Part shown: positions 1-11,000 of the stretch, piece by piece
How positions within the stretch are numbered: the first letter of the stretch is position 1
Layout of the letters: the number at the start of each line of letters is the position of its first letter
Source of the DNA: a virus
Lineage: Duplodnaviria > Caudoviricetes
IMG/VR virus record: IMGVR_UViG_3300023174_000201
Coordinates: 1-55,810 of that record
Direction: 5' to 3' (one strand)
Length of the DNA stretch: 55,810 nt
Position numbers and translations under genes: made by a program
Notes under the pieces: generated by a model
The model's input: only the letters and a program-made list of their open reading frames with translations
Database searches by the model: none
What the model was told of the DNA's origin: nothing

Positions 1-149
1 ATAGGGATCATGATGCTGTCGATGATCCTTATTTAGTTCGTAAAGTAATGGATGCCCTTCGGGGCGATGATCTGGAGCCAATTGCCCCAGATGATTTGAA
101 TTTTAATCAGCTACACTATGGGCAACCATTGCCCATGGAAGGAAAGTAA
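1..149 (+). CDS. 3' end of a hypothetical protein (partial, runs off window)
   Basis: Open frame from position 3 (RDHDAVDDPYLVRKVMDALRG...PMEGK) to TAA 147-149, which overlaps the next ATG (TAATG coupling). Confidence 0.65.
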   Translation, partial: RDHDAVDDPYLVRKVMDALRGDDLEPIAPDDLNFNQLHYGQPLPMEGK

Positions 150-514
150 TGTCAAAGTTAGGTAAAAAAATTAATGAGTTGTCCGCAGAAGTTTGCGAAA
201 TTTCAGATGAGAAGGGATTTTGGCATATTGAGGATATCAGTCCTTTTGCCATTGTTCCAGTTAAGCTCGCCCTTATTGGTGACGAAGTAAGCGAAGCCCT
301 TAAGGTTCATCGTGAGGAATATGAAGGTGTTGAAGGGCCAAACTTTAATTACATGACTGCACAGCAGGAGCGGGATTTTACAGAGGAGCTTGCGGATATT
401 GTTATTCGTACTCTTGATCTTGCTGGCGGTCTTGGCCTTGATATTGGTAATTCAATTACCGAAAAGATTAAGAAGAATAAGACTCGCCCGCATAGGCACG
501 GTAAGAGGTACTAA
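149..514 (+). CDS. mazG: MazG-like nucleotide pyrophosphohydrolase (all-alpha NTP-PPase)
   Basis: Motifs KLALIGDEVSEAL and EELADIVIRTLDL, plus the C-terminal K..KN..RP.RHGK typical of phage MazG-like proteins. Confidence 0.85.
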   Translation: MSKLGKKINELSAEVCEISDEKGFWHIEDISPFAIVPVKLALIGDEVSEALKVHREEYEGVEGPNFNYMTAQQERDFTEELADIVIRTLDLAGGLGLDIGNSITEKIKKNKTRPHRHGKRY

Positions 515-2862
515 TGTGGGAAGACATCAAATTTATTGATGTTACTTCCGCCTTTGTTGGGATTACTACGCCCCTGCCTGAGATCCTGAATCAAATTCAG
601 GATCTTGGGTGGGAGGTAGATCATACTTCTGACTATAAAAAAGATGGCTATAAGGTCAAAGCCACTAGCGTTCATGGTGAAAAGCTAGAAGCTACTGGCA
701 ATACTCAGGAAACAGCCGCTGGTAATCTTTTGCATATGATTCAGCGCCTTCATAGTTTTCGTATGCCTATGAACGCAAGAGCAGCAGCTTGGCACGATTC
801 ATATATTGATCTTCAAGAAGCCATTGCGCATGAATACGCTGACGCTAAAATGTATGACAAGAAGGCAGCTTCTGCTTGGACTGAACTTGCAGAGGATTGT
901 CGTCGTCGTGTAGAGATCATTCAGGGCGAGATTGAGATTGAAATTACTGATGATCCGCTTCCTTATAAAACTTTCTCAGAGATGGCCGAAGATATTACTC
1001 AAAAGGGTCATTTCACTGTTTCAAGAGCCAATGCCTCTCATCCCCTTTGGAGCATTAACCAAGTTATAGATTTTCGTATTGCTCATGACATTCTAGGTCA
1101 CGGTGCCTCTGGCGGCGATTGGTCTTGGTTTGGTATCAACAGGGCATTTCAAGCACACGCCCCACTACTGACTTATACTGCTCAAAAGGCATTATTTACT
1201 GAAGTCATTGGTCAAGGTGCATTTAATTCTTATTATGGATCGCAGTCTCAGCAGAAGATTGCATTTCTAAAGATATTTGACAACCCTGAAGCGCCTGAGC
1301 CTTATCATCATCCCGTTCATCCTTCGCAAACTATTGTTCCCGGCCCTATGGCCAAGATTCCTAATGATGTCAACTTTGATAAAAGTTCATCATTTGATGA
1401 TTTACTTGATCCAAATGATAGTTATGAAACGGGCGTTGTTCCAGCAGATAACAATGCTTACAATTGGCATAGGATTCGTAATGCCGATGGTGAAATGGTT
1501 GATCCACTTAATAGTCGCGGCCTTACCAATATGACCCGTGGAATTAAATCTAATTGGCATGAACTAGATGATGCAAGCCGCGAGCAAGCGGTTAGTAACG
1601 CTTTCTCTAATGCGTTTTTAAAACCTTATAAGCACGAACGCGGCCACGCCCAGCATTACCAAGCACTTCATCACCTTCCCGGTTCAGTCGATGATCCTGC
1701 TCGTATTTGGAATGCTCTTACTCACGCCCGCGATACACATAATAATGCTCGCGGTTACTTGCAGGCAAATAAAGAACTTGATCCTTATATGATGCCATTT
1801 AAACGCCATATTCAAAATATTGGCGGGGGATTAAGGCATGATCAAATTAGTGATTTAGCAGATCATCATCTTTTGAATATGAAGGCAGAAGAAGAGCGCG
1901 AGGCAAAGAAGAAACTTGGCGAAGATGCCACTTCAGATGATATTCATCGTGAGGCAACTAAGCGACTTATCAAGAGGCTCAAGCGCATGACCAATGCCAA
2001 AGTTAATCAGGACTATGACTTTGGTAATGAAAAGATGTTTTTTGAATCTAAGCATCCTGATTCAGCTATCTATTCTCCGCCCCTTGCCCATCAGGTAAAA
2101 CCAATCGCTGACATTGGCAAGAACATTAAGAATATTGTTCAAATTGCACTTGAAGATATTGATCAGGGTGGCAAGGGTCATCACTTTAGGTCTTCATTCA
2201 TGAAGCAGTTTTTTACTGATGATATGGAGCCACATCAGGTTGATGAAGCTTGGTTTTTCCTTGCGCCCCATACAAGTCAACTTGGGTCAATTAACCCAGA
2301 CATTTTAAAGGCCCTTGGGCATAAAAAAGATGATATGGGAATAAGGGATTACTTTAAGGCCGAACGTCAATTACAGGGCGCTAGAGATGCCTCTGGATAC
2401 GGACACCTTCCTCTTGGTCAATTTTCTAGAGGGTTAAAAAATCTTATGAGGCATGCGCCCGGTCATCATCCTTCAAAAGATCACATGCACGTTCTTCTTC
2501 CTGTTCCTCATGACGGCATTGATTGGGATAATCGATCAAAAAAATCAGAAAAGCCAATTATTCCAAGCTGGTTTAATGATACTAAAGATATTCGCAAGCA
2601 AATTGGCAAACAATGGGATAGACTTGAAGGCGTATCTAATCCTAAGGATGCCATTCCTTTTAGAAAGAAGGCTGATGCTGGGTTCTCTAGCATGCTAATG
2701 CCTTTCTATCATCATCCTGATACCAAGGATAAGGTTATTGGCCGCCCCGGTCAAAGGCATATGCAGCACCTTATTGAATCCTTGGCGCTTGGAGACGGTC
2801 CGCTTAGCACACCAGAAATTTGGGCATTGAATCCAGAAATAGGAAGGGAGGCGGTTAATTAA
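514..2862 (+). CDS. Large multidomain hypothetical protein, possibly virion-internal; has an HDxxGH motif
   Basis: 782-aa ORF coupled by TAATG. FRIAHDILGH...ALFTEVIGQ resembles a zincin-like motif seen in large phage polyvalent proteins. Confidence 0.55.
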   Translation: MWEDIKFIDVTSAFVGITTPLPEILNQIQDLGWEVDHTSDYKKDGYKVKATSVHGEKLEATGNTQETAAGNLLHMIQRLHSFRMPMNARAAAWHDSYIDLQEAIAHEYADAKMYDKKAASAWTELAEDCRRRVEIIQGEIEIEITDDPLPYKTFSEMAEDITQKGHFTVSRANASHPLWSINQVIDFRIAHDILGHGASGGDWSWFGINRAFQAHAPLLTYTAQKALFTEVIGQGAFNSYYGSQSQQKIAFLKIFDNPEAPEPYHHPVHPSQTIVPGPMAKIPNDVNFDKSSSFDDLLDPNDSYETGVVPADNNAYNWHRIRNADGEMVDPLNSRGLTNMTRGIKSNWHELDDASREQAVSNAFSNAFLKPYKHERGHAQHYQALHHLPGSVDDPARIWNALTHARDTHNNARGYLQANKELDPYMMPFKRHIQNIGGGLRHDQISDLADHHLLNMKAEEEREAKKKLGEDATSDDIHREATKRLIKRLKRMTNAKVNQDYDFGNEKMFFESKHPDSAIYSPPLAHQVKPIADIGKNIKNIVQIALEDIDQGGKGHHFRSSFMKQFFTDDMEPHQVDEAWFFLAPHTSQLGSINPDILKALGHKKDDMGIRDYFKAERQLQGARDASGYGHLPLGQFSRGLKNLMRHAPGHHPSKDHMHVLLPVPHDGIDWDNRSKKSEKPIIPSWFNDTKDIRKQIGKQWDRLEGVSNPKDAIPFRKKADAGFSSMLMPFYHHPDTKDKVIGRPGQRHMQHLIESLALGDGPLSTPEIWALNPEIGREAVN

Positions 2863-2927
2863 TGAATTTTAATATTGATTTTGACATTAAAGATATTATT
2901 ATTGAGCCTGAAGATGTCGGGCTGTAG
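2862..2927 (+). CDS. Putative 21-aa microprotein (MNFNIDFDIKDIIIEPEDVGL), not in the ORF track
   Basis: TAATG overlap with the upstream stop, strong GGGAGG Shine-Dalgarno about 10 nt upstream, TAG at 2925-2927. Confidence 0.4.
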   Translation: MNFNIDFDIKDIIIEPEDVGL

Positions 2928-2958
2928 TTTATAGCTTTAACGAACTGTAATTTGTAGC

Positions 2959-3621
2959 ATGACTTTAATACCAGATAAACATACTTTTACTATTTGGCAA
3001 GGCGCTACATTTTTTGAAGTTTTGACATTATATTCAACTAATGATCAAACTCAGCCTAGGGATTTTTATACTAGTACGCTCGTTACTGGTTTAACAGTAA
3101 CCACAAATGGAACCACATCTGCAACATTGAGTGGAACGACAGGGCTTACCGCTAATACAAAGTATTACATTTCTTCGCCAAGTATACCGGCGGCTAATAG
3201 CGTGTATTTTACTACTGGTAGTAGCTTAACCACTGGTATCACTTTGTCTACTACTTGCGTTGCTGGTTCCGGTACGGCAGTTATTACAAAACGCACAATT
3301 AATTATGGCGCTGAAATGATTATTCGTGATAAACCTCAAGGAACATCCCTTCTCACTTTGTCAACCAATAGCTCGGGATCAACTGTTAATGGCATTCATT
3401 CGACTTCAACAGGGTGCAGTATTAAATTATCTGATGATCCTAATACTTTGGGTCAAATACAATTAATTATTGCTGATACCGCTACTGCCATTTTGGGCAC
3501 CTCTAGCACTTGGAAAACCGGCGTTTACGATTTAACTCTTACTCAAATTTTAAATCCCCTTACTGGTGGTGTAACTACTGACGCATTACTTTATGGGGGA
3601 ATTAAGGTTGCTGGCGTATGA
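2959..3621 (+). CDS. Virion structural protein with an inserted Thr/Ser-rich beta module
   Basis: N-terminal FTIWQGATF and C-terminal GVYDL...LLYG..V pattern of a common phage structural family; the central module recurs in the sheath and baseplate proteins. Confidence 0.6.
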   Translation: MTLIPDKHTFTIWQGATFFEVLTLYSTNDQTQPRDFYTSTLVTGLTVTTNGTTSATLSGTTGLTANTKYYISSPSIPAANSVYFTTGSSLTTGITLSTTCVAGSGTAVITKRTINYGAEMIIRDKPQGTSLLTLSTNSSGSTVNGIHSTSTGCSIKLSDDPNTLGQIQLIIADTATAILGTSSTWKTGVYDLTLTQILNPLTGGVTTDALLYGGIKVAGV

Positions 3622-4163
3622 ATATAGCAATCGAGGGTACTCAAAAAGTACTTTTAGTAGAAAACTTAGAAAGTATTGATTTATTAACTGAATCTAATCC
3701 GATTCAATTATCTCTTTCTGGAGTGGCAGTAGCCGGACCACAAGGTTTATCAGGGGTAATTTCTGTTACCTCTCCAATTGTTAATTCTGGGTCATTAACA
3801 AATGCCATCATTGGAATTAACCAATCATTAATTGCAATTGATCCGTCTCAAGTAACGGGTGTCGCCGTAGTCAAATCGGCAATATCATTTCCTTATATTG
3901 CTAAATTTACCAATTTTGATATGACCAGTGATTATGTTAATTACTACACGATTGATTGCACAGCGGCCATCACAGTTACTTTGCCTGATGCATCTGTAGT
4001 TGGAACGGGCAGAGTTTATAAAATTAAAAGCTCTGTCTCCGGCACCGTTACTGTCAATGCTGCAAGCGGCCAATTGATTGACGGCACTTCAAGTAAAACC
4101 ATCACCACGCAATATTCATTTTTGACTGTGCAATCTACCGGTACCAAATGGATAACAATTTAA
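3618..4163 (+). CDS. Short fibre/baseplate-associated protein
   Basis: GPQG stub. The C-terminal domain (TIDCTAAITVTLPDA...GRVYKIK...IDG...QSTGTKWI) is paralogous to the C-terminus of 39551..41338. Confidence 0.6.
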   Translation: MNIAIEGTQKVLLVENLESIDLLTESNPIQLSLSGVAVAGPQGLSGVISVTSPIVNSGSLTNAIIGINQSLIAIDPSQVTGVAVVKSAISFPYIAKFTNFDMTSDYVNYYTIDCTAAITVTLPDASVVGTGRVYKIKSSVSGTVTVNAASGQLIDGTSSKTITTQYSFLTVQSTGTKWITI

Positions 4164-4573
4164 TATAAAATGCCTAATAAAGTCAAATTAGAAAATCCCA
4201 TTACCCCAGTTAGTCTTACACTAGCACAAGACGCTAATCTTTTTTACCTTAATTTAAAAACTTTTATTTGGAGAAATACTTGGGCGGCCACTCCAACAAC
4301 ATATGGGGTCTATGATGTTGTTTATTACAATGGTAGTTCATATGTAAATAAAACAGGCACAAATACTTCTACTAACCCTGCATCTGATACAACCAATTGG
4401 GATTTAATGGTTCAAAAGGGCGACACTGGTGCTACCGGAGCTACTGGAGCCGCAGGTGTAATTCAAAGCATTTCTCCAACTAGCGGTTCGCCTATTACAG
4501 TTGTAGGTGGAACTACTGCAAATCCAACTATTGGCATTAACCAATCATTAATTGCAATTGATCCGTCTCAAGT
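3816..4573 (+). repeat. 38-bp exact direct repeat (3816-3853 and 4536-4573) shared by two adjacent fibre genes
   Basis: ATTAACCAATCATTAATTGCAATTGATCCGTCTCAAGT, encoding INQSLIAIDPSQV in both genes. Confidence 0.9.
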
Positions 4574-5495
4574 TACTGGTACTGCGGTTATTACAACTGA
4601 TTCTCGTTTATCTGATTCTAGAGTACCAAAAGACGCCGCCGGTGGAGATCTTACTAGCAATTATCCTAATCCCAGCCTTGTCGCTGTTGGCACTTCCGGA
4701 ACCTATACTAAAGTAACTACTGACACTAAAGGCAGAGTAACGTCTGGAACCACATTAGCGTCGTCAGACCTTCCAAGCGTCACTCGTTCCGATACTGGAT
4801 CTGTAGCAGCAACTAATTTTGTTAAATCTGTTACTAGCGATACTTATGGTCGCTTGACGGGTATAACTTTGTCCACTGTTCCCGGTATTACCATTGGTAG
4901 CACCGGAGTATTATTAGGAGATACGGTAACCACAATTTCCGGCCTTACTTCTGTAACATCAACTGGTTTTACTGGTGCGTTAACTGGCAATGCCAGCACT
5001 GCAACTAACTTAGCATCAGGTACGACAACCCTTGCCTCTAATGTTGTAAACTCATCTCTTACTAGCGTTGGAACCCTTGCCAATCTTACTGTAACAAATG
5101 CAATTTCTGGAAGTGTTACAGGCAACGCAGGCACTGTTACTAATGGCGCTTATATTAATGCTGCTAATACTTTTACTGCTGGGCCTCAAACAATTAATAT
5201 TGATGCAATTGGCAATAAGGGAATCGTTATTAAAGCCGCTTCTGGTCAAACAGCAAACTTATTAGAAGTTCAACCTGATGGTAGCACCACTCCGATTGCC
5301 AAGGTTGATGCTTCTGGAAATTTTACAGCAAATACAATTGCTGTAACCAATCAAGCAACAACTCGCACTAATCTTAGTCTTGGTAATGTTGATAATACCT
5401 CCGATGTTAATAAACCTATTTCAAATGCTACTCAAACGGAGCTTAATAAGAAAGCGGACTTTAATATTGCTGTTGCACTATCGGTGGCCCTATGA
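4170..5495 (+). CDS. Tail fibre-like protein
   Basis: W...YGVYDVVYYNGSSY carbohydrate-binding-like motif, collagen GDTGATGATGAAG, GTYTKVTTDTKGRVT fibre repeat, LGNVDNTSDVNKPIS fibre motif. Confidence 0.75.
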   Translation: MPNKVKLENPITPVSLTLAQDANLFYLNLKTFIWRNTWAATPTTYGVYDVVYYNGSSYVNKTGTNTSTNPASDTTNWDLMVQKGDTGATGATGAAGVIQSISPTSGSPITVVGGTTANPTIGINQSLIAIDPSQVTGTAVITTDSRLSDSRVPKDAAGGDLTSNYPNPSLVAVGTSGTYTKVTTDTKGRVTSGTTLASSDLPSVTRSDTGSVAATNFVKSVTSDTYGRLTGITLSTVPGITIGSTGVLLGDTVTTISGLTSVTSTGFTGALTGNASTATNLASGTTTLASNVVNSSLTSVGTLANLTVTNAISGSVTGNAGTVTNGAYINAANTFTAGPQTINIDAIGNKGIVIKAASGQTANLLEVQPDGSTTPIAKVDASGNFTANTIAVTNQATTRTNLSLGNVDNTSDVNKPISNATQTELNKKADFNIAVALSVAL

Positions 5496-5977
5496 AATTA
5501 CTTATCAATAACTACACTTTTAATGCATCGTCTTCTCCAAAGACGATTACATTTAATGATTATTCACAAATTACATTAAATAATGTTCTTTTGGTGGTTA
5601 ATGTCACTACAAACAATACCATTCTTTACAATTTTGTTGATTCAACCACTAATGCAACTGTTTCGGGAAATGTTTTAAATCTTAATTCTAGTTTTAACAG
5701 TGTTTCTATGAATGGCACTGACAAATTGATTATTTTTTATGAGGATGTTGCCGCTAATGCATACGATAACGCCCTTTATGATATCGCCCAACAATTGACA
5801 ATTTTAACAAGTCTTAGAGAAACTAATGCTGCTTTAAGGGTTAACGCTGCTGGCGGCAGCATAACCACATTAAGCAACCAAACCAGCTTAGGTGGTTATA
5901 CTGCATCAAATTTGGTGCCTGCTCAAACAAATCAGGCAGCAATTCAATCAAATATTAACAATGTAGTCATTACCTAG
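5492..5977 (+). CDS. Hypothetical virion protein
   Basis: 161-aa ORF overlapping the upstream stop (ATGA); Asn/Thr-rich, lies within the fibre cluster. Confidence 0.55.
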   Translation: MKLLINNYTFNASSSPKTITFNDYSQITLNNVLLVVNVTTNNTILYNFVDSTTNATVSGNVLNLNSSFNSVSMNGTDKLIIFYEDVAANAYDNALYDIAQQLTILTSLRETNAALRVNAAGGSITTLSNQTSLGGYTASNLVPAQTNQAAIQSNINNVVIT

Positions 5978-5991
5978 ACTATAATAATCAA

Positions 5992-7452
5992 ATGGCAATT
6001 ACTAATAAAAATACAAGACTTTTGCATCGCAAAGAGTGGCAAATGATGACATCGGCCCCCATTTCTTCAGCAAATGGTATTACGGCAATAGCATCTGAAG
6101 ATGGAAACTTTGATTACACCCTTTACCTTACATCTACAACAGGGGCTTGGTTATACAGCCATGACGAAGATTCTTGGGTGCAAGCTCCCAGCCCCGGACT
6201 TTCTGGAACTTTTGGTTCGGGTAATGCGGGTTGTTTTAGTCGTTGGTCTAGCACTTTTACAACAACAAGTACGGGTACAGCAACAACTGCCGTAATTACA
6301 AGTTCTACAGCAAACATTGGTCAACCAGCCGTTGGTCAAATAATTGAATTTCTTTCGGGTACGGGTGTTATTGGAAACCGAGGAACTGTTACTTCTGTTG
6401 TAAACGATCCTGCTGGCAATGTTGTAATTACATTTTCTTTGATTGGTAGTATTAATGGTGGCACTGGAGCGACAGTGCCATCGGGGGCCACTTTTAGATT
6501 GTCTACAGGACGATTTTTCGTTCTATGCGCAGGAACAGTTGCCAGCGGCTCATTCAAATTTTATGATGTTGCCACAAACTCGTGGAATGCTTCGGCAATT
6601 TCAATCACAAACCTTCCTTCAACATGGGGAACCGAAGGAAGAATGACTTCTACATTCAATTACGGCGAAACCTATGGAACAGGAACGGCAACCAGTGCAA
6701 CTGCAACAACCCTTGTAAATACATCTAAAAGTTGGACTACCAACCAATGGTCAAATTATCAAGTAAGGATTACGGGCGGAACCGGATTGGGTCAAATTCG
6801 CTCTATTGCATCTAATACTGCAACCACTTTAACAGTTTCAACTTGGACAACAACGCCGGATGCAACTTCTACTTATGTAATTGAAGGAAATGAAGATTAT
6901 CTTTACCTTATAGGAAACGGTGCCGTAACTTTATATAGGTATTCTATTTCTGCAAACACATGGTCTGTCCCCAGCCCAACGGCGGCAAGAGCAGTGGCTC
7001 CGGGAGCCGGTGAATCTTTAAATTATATTGGAAAAAGTAACTCTTCAGCTTGGGCCGACGAAACTAATATTAAAGATGGAAGGTATTTGTATTCGTTTAG
7101 AGGAGGCGCGACCGCTGGATTAGATCGTTATGATATTGCTTTAAATACTTGGGCGGCTATTACCTATGCACCAGCCAATGAGGGCTTTTCTACTGGTTCC
7201 GGCAATGCCTGCTCTCACAATTTAATTTATTTAAGAAGTTCATCAAACAATAGATATTTCAAATATGACGTTGTAACTAATACATTACTTCCGTTTAGCA
7301 CAAACTTATATTCTGACGGCACGGCTGCAACGGGAAATAGGCTTTGGATTCGAAATTATCAGTCAAGCGTTTCAGATGGTTCTGAAACAATTAAATGGCT
7401 TTATTCTATTCAAAATGGCGGTGCCTCCATGCATAGAATAATGATTTACTAG
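5992..7452 (+). CDS. Kelch-like beta-propeller virion protein
   Basis: Repeated YD/YS-xxx-N-x-W blade ends (FYDVATNSW, RYSISANTW, RYDIALNTW, KYDVVTNT) with Thr/Gly-rich inserts. Confidence 0.65.
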   Translation: MAITNKNTRLLHRKEWQMMTSAPISSANGITAIASEDGNFDYTLYLTSTTGAWLYSHDEDSWVQAPSPGLSGTFGSGNAGCFSRWSSTFTTTSTGTATTAVITSSTANIGQPAVGQIIEFLSGTGVIGNRGTVTSVVNDPAGNVVITFSLIGSINGGTGATVPSGATFRLSTGRFFVLCAGTVASGSFKFYDVATNSWNASAISITNLPSTWGTEGRMTSTFNYGETYGTGTATSATATTLVNTSKSWTTNQWSNYQVRITGGTGLGQIRSIASNTATTLTVSTWTTTPDATSTYVIEGNEDYLYLIGNGAVTLYRYSISANTWSVPSPTAARAVAPGAGESLNYIGKSNSSAWADETNIKDGRYLYSFRGGATAGLDRYDIALNTWAAITYAPANEGFSTGSGNACSHNLIYLRSSSNNRYFKYDVVTNTLLPFSTNLYSDGTAATGNRLWIRNYQSSVSDGSETIKWLYSIQNGGASMHRIMIY

Positions 7453-7495
7453 CAATAGCTACTAAATAACCCAATACGAAAGAATAACTTATAGA

Positions 7496-8053
7496 ATGGC
7501 ATTCATTGGCGTAAATACAACAGATGGTACAACCATCCCTACAGTATCAGATTGGTCTTCAAGTACTAGTTACGTTAAAGGTGACCTTGCTTATGTAGCG
7601 ACCGGATCTACTAAGGGGGTTTGGCTCGCTACACAAAGTAGTTCAAACATCGCGCCAGCAGCAAATTCTTCAATATGGCAGCCTTATTTTAATAACTGTT
7701 GGGCGACAACTGATAAAACTCTTATTACGCAATACATTCATACTTTTACTCACGATAGGTTCACCGGTTCAATTTTGCACGTTGATGCAACGTCAACTAC
7801 CGCTGGAAATCTTTATGTTCAGCAAAGTGGCGATGGAATAATTTGGGATGTATCGACCACGATTACAACAGCCGCGATTGCCAGCGTTGATCAGACGACG
7901 GGTGCGGGCGCTCCTATTACAACGGCTTATGGCAAGGATTTTTCTGTAGAGGTTTTACAACCTTATCTTCGCCTTAAATTTGTTTATGGAACTAATAAAC
8001 CATCGACTTTTAGATTATTTGGCAGAACATCAGACTCTGGCAATAAGTACTAG
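7496..8053 (+). CDS. Virion protein with a small carbohydrate-binding-like motif
   Basis: WSSSTSYVKGDLAY...W...P....W motif near the N-terminus. Confidence 0.5.
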   Translation: MAFIGVNTTDGTTIPTVSDWSSSTSYVKGDLAYVATGSTKGVWLATQSSSNIAPAANSSIWQPYFNNCWATTDKTLITQYIHTFTHDRFTGSILHVDATSTTAGNLYVQQSGDGIIWDVSTTITTAAIASVDQTTGAGAPITTAYGKDFSVEVLQPYLRLKFVYGTNKPSTFRLFGRTSDSGNKY

Positions 8054-8060
8054 GTGAATC

Positions 8061-11000
8061 ATGGATCATAAGGGTCCTGAGCACCATTACGATGAACTTG
8101 AATGCCCCGGCTGCGGGGCGTTTTTTCAGCAGGGCGAGATTCAACCTGAAACCATTCGTAATAATTGCCCGGAGTGCGATTATGATTTGCGCTCTAGCAC
8201 AGGCGGTCGTCCTTATCGCGGCCAACCCTCTCCTATTAATTCAGAAATGACTGAGCGCAATAATCCCCTTGATGGAGCATCAGGCGATAGAGGCGGCAAT
8301 CCTCTTGGCGAAGGCATTCTTGCTGGGCTTAAGGATAAAATGGATTGGGAGGAAATTTCTGAGCTTGATGAAGCAACTGAACCTGCTGGCCTTGGCGAAA
8401 CTCACCCTGTAAAAGATAATCAGTGGAAGCCCGGAGATAGATCTGATCGTTCTATGGGTAGAGATGAAATGCTTGGCTCTGTCCGTAATAGCGGCGAGCA
8501 TAGCTGGAGTGACCCCGGAGATAATCACAATCAAGAGCTTTGGGATCAGGTTGTTGAAGATTTTGAAAATGCTAAAGCTGAGCCTCATCAATCTACAAAT
8601 AAGATTTCGGCAGCGCCTTGGCTTGACGAAGAACCAGATAATTTTCCTGTTGAACAACTAGGCTGGGATATCGTTGACGTTGTAGAGCCTTCTAAAGAGC
8701 TTACAGAGGCCGCTAACAAATATTCTATGCCAATGCCTGAAGGTATTACAGATAATTTACATGAGGCTTTAATCGCTCTTAATGCTTGGGTAGAGAACCC
8801 AGAGGAAAATGGCAAACTCCGCCCTTATAAAGAGTATTGGTCAGTCATTCGACCAAAAATTACACAAGGCTCAGTTCAAATCGGAGTAGAGGATCCTCAC
8901 ATGGCAGATATTATTAATCACATTGTAAGAACTGACGACATTTCATCTTTAAATAAAATGTCAAATATTCAAAAATCATCTTTTCTTCCAGCACTTTTAG
9001 GATTAGTTCCGGCGGCTTTAGAGGCAATTGGGCTTGGCGGAGCGGCAGCAGCAGCCGCTGAAGGAGCAGCAGCCGCTGAAGGGGCATCTGGATTAAGTGA
9101 GTTGCTTCCAAGCGCAGCAAATACTCTAAAAGGTGCACTTGGTAAAGACAACTTAGCAAAAGCAGCTCCATCAGCTTTTGGCACAGGAGCAGGAAATGAA
9201 CTTGGTGGATCGGATTCTGGAGACTCTGAAGATTCTGGTGCTGCAATGCCCGAAGCGGCTAACCCAATTACAGAAGGCGGAATGACCTCTTTGTATATGT
9301 CAAAATCGGCCACTTATGGTGATGAATACGAACACCCTTCTAGCATTACAAGAAGGATTGAAGATCCGGAAAATATTGATCCTCATCAAAGATCGGATGA
9401 AAGTAATGACGATTGGGCTTATGACATGCTCGATGTTAATGAGATTGGATCAACTAATGATCCTCGCGGCAAGGATGATGCTAAAGAACGCATCAGGCGA
9501 CAATTTGCTGCTAATGAAAATTCTAAATCAGACGAGAATTTAAAAAAAGCATTCAAAGCATTTGTTGACAACATCGAAGACATTTTAAGTTTTGCTTTTT
9601 CTGATGAATCGGGAGCAGATCACCCCGGCATTTTATCAGTTCACGACGCTTTTGAGTCCGCCGTTCCCGGATATTTAGATTTGGCCTCTGCGCCAGAAGA
9701 CAATGCGATTATTATCGCACTTGACGATGAGCAAAAGAAAAATAATAAAAATCAAAAGCATGCAGTTAATGAATTTGGACCATATTCTATGGTTCCAAGA
9801 AGCGGCATGCCGCCAATACCCGATGCAACGTTGGCTCCAGAGCCACCTAAACCAAACGTAGTGGATCCATCCACTCATGGATTTGATCCTCAAGCCGGTC
9901 CCGCTAGTGCCGCTGGAGCCGCCGCAGGCTGGGAAACACAGACTTCCCCTAACCTAATTAATAAGACTGCTCCGTTTACTCCACAAGAACAACAGCAGGC
10001 TCAACAATTGACTCAAAAAAATCAACAACAACAACAGCAGGCTCAACAAAAAATTATGCAACAGGTTCAACAAAAGAAAAAGGGATCACATACACAGGGT
10101 CCCCATACAGATGAGCAACAAAACGCATTTATTGAACACCTTCATGAAATGCTTGAAGCTGGACAACTTGATGAAAAGCAAGTTGCCCAATTAGAAGACA
10201 TGATGTTTAATGAGCCTTCTAATCCAGAAGTTACTAAAATTTGGGCAGAAATTGCTAATCAGGATGAGCTTTTTGATGCTGCGCCTGAAGATATGGCTGC
10301 TAGCCCACAAGAGCAAATGCAAGGCATGGGTGCGCCCGGTGCACCAGCACCTCCCGGTGGAGATATGGGTATGGGCGGTCCTCCCGGTCCCGGTGGCCCT
10401 GCACCCGGAATTCCTGATATGAATGCTCCCACTCCTGCTGATCTTAACCCTGCCGGTCCCGGCGCTATGCAGCCTCCAATCATGTCTCATGTAAGAAATG
10501 ATATGCTTAAATCTGTTTTTAAATATGCTGCTGATTCTGCTGCTAGCGTATGTCCTAAATGCGATGGTCACACTACCGGTGTTGTAAATCAATCTAGCGG
10601 TGGATGCGAGTGTCGTTCATGCGGTCATCAATGGGATGATAAAAATCTAATTCCTTCTGATGGAACAAGCACAGACATGAGCACTACTGCTAATTTTTAT
10701 CAGGCTTTAAATTTTGATGAAGGTCCAATGGAAGTGATGCCCGGATCCGTTGATTCTTTTAGCAAGCCTGAAGAATTAGAAGAAGATGATTCTACGCACA
10801 CTTGGGCAGACGACAATGGCGAACCACTTCAAGAGGGCCAAGAATATGAAATTTATGCTCATAATTATGAAATTCCAGATGTTGGTCGCGTAGTTGAAGT
10901 TAAGCCAGATTCCGTTGTTTATGAAATTGAATCTAATGGCGGGCTTCGTACCACAATTGAAATTGATCGCAAAGAAGCAGATCTTAACGGTTACCGTTTT

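Noticed and set aside
3816-4573. Diversity-generating retroelement TR/VR pair
   Set aside because: The repeat is only 38 bp, exact, internal to both genes, lacks adenine-specific mismatches, and no reverse transcriptase is present.
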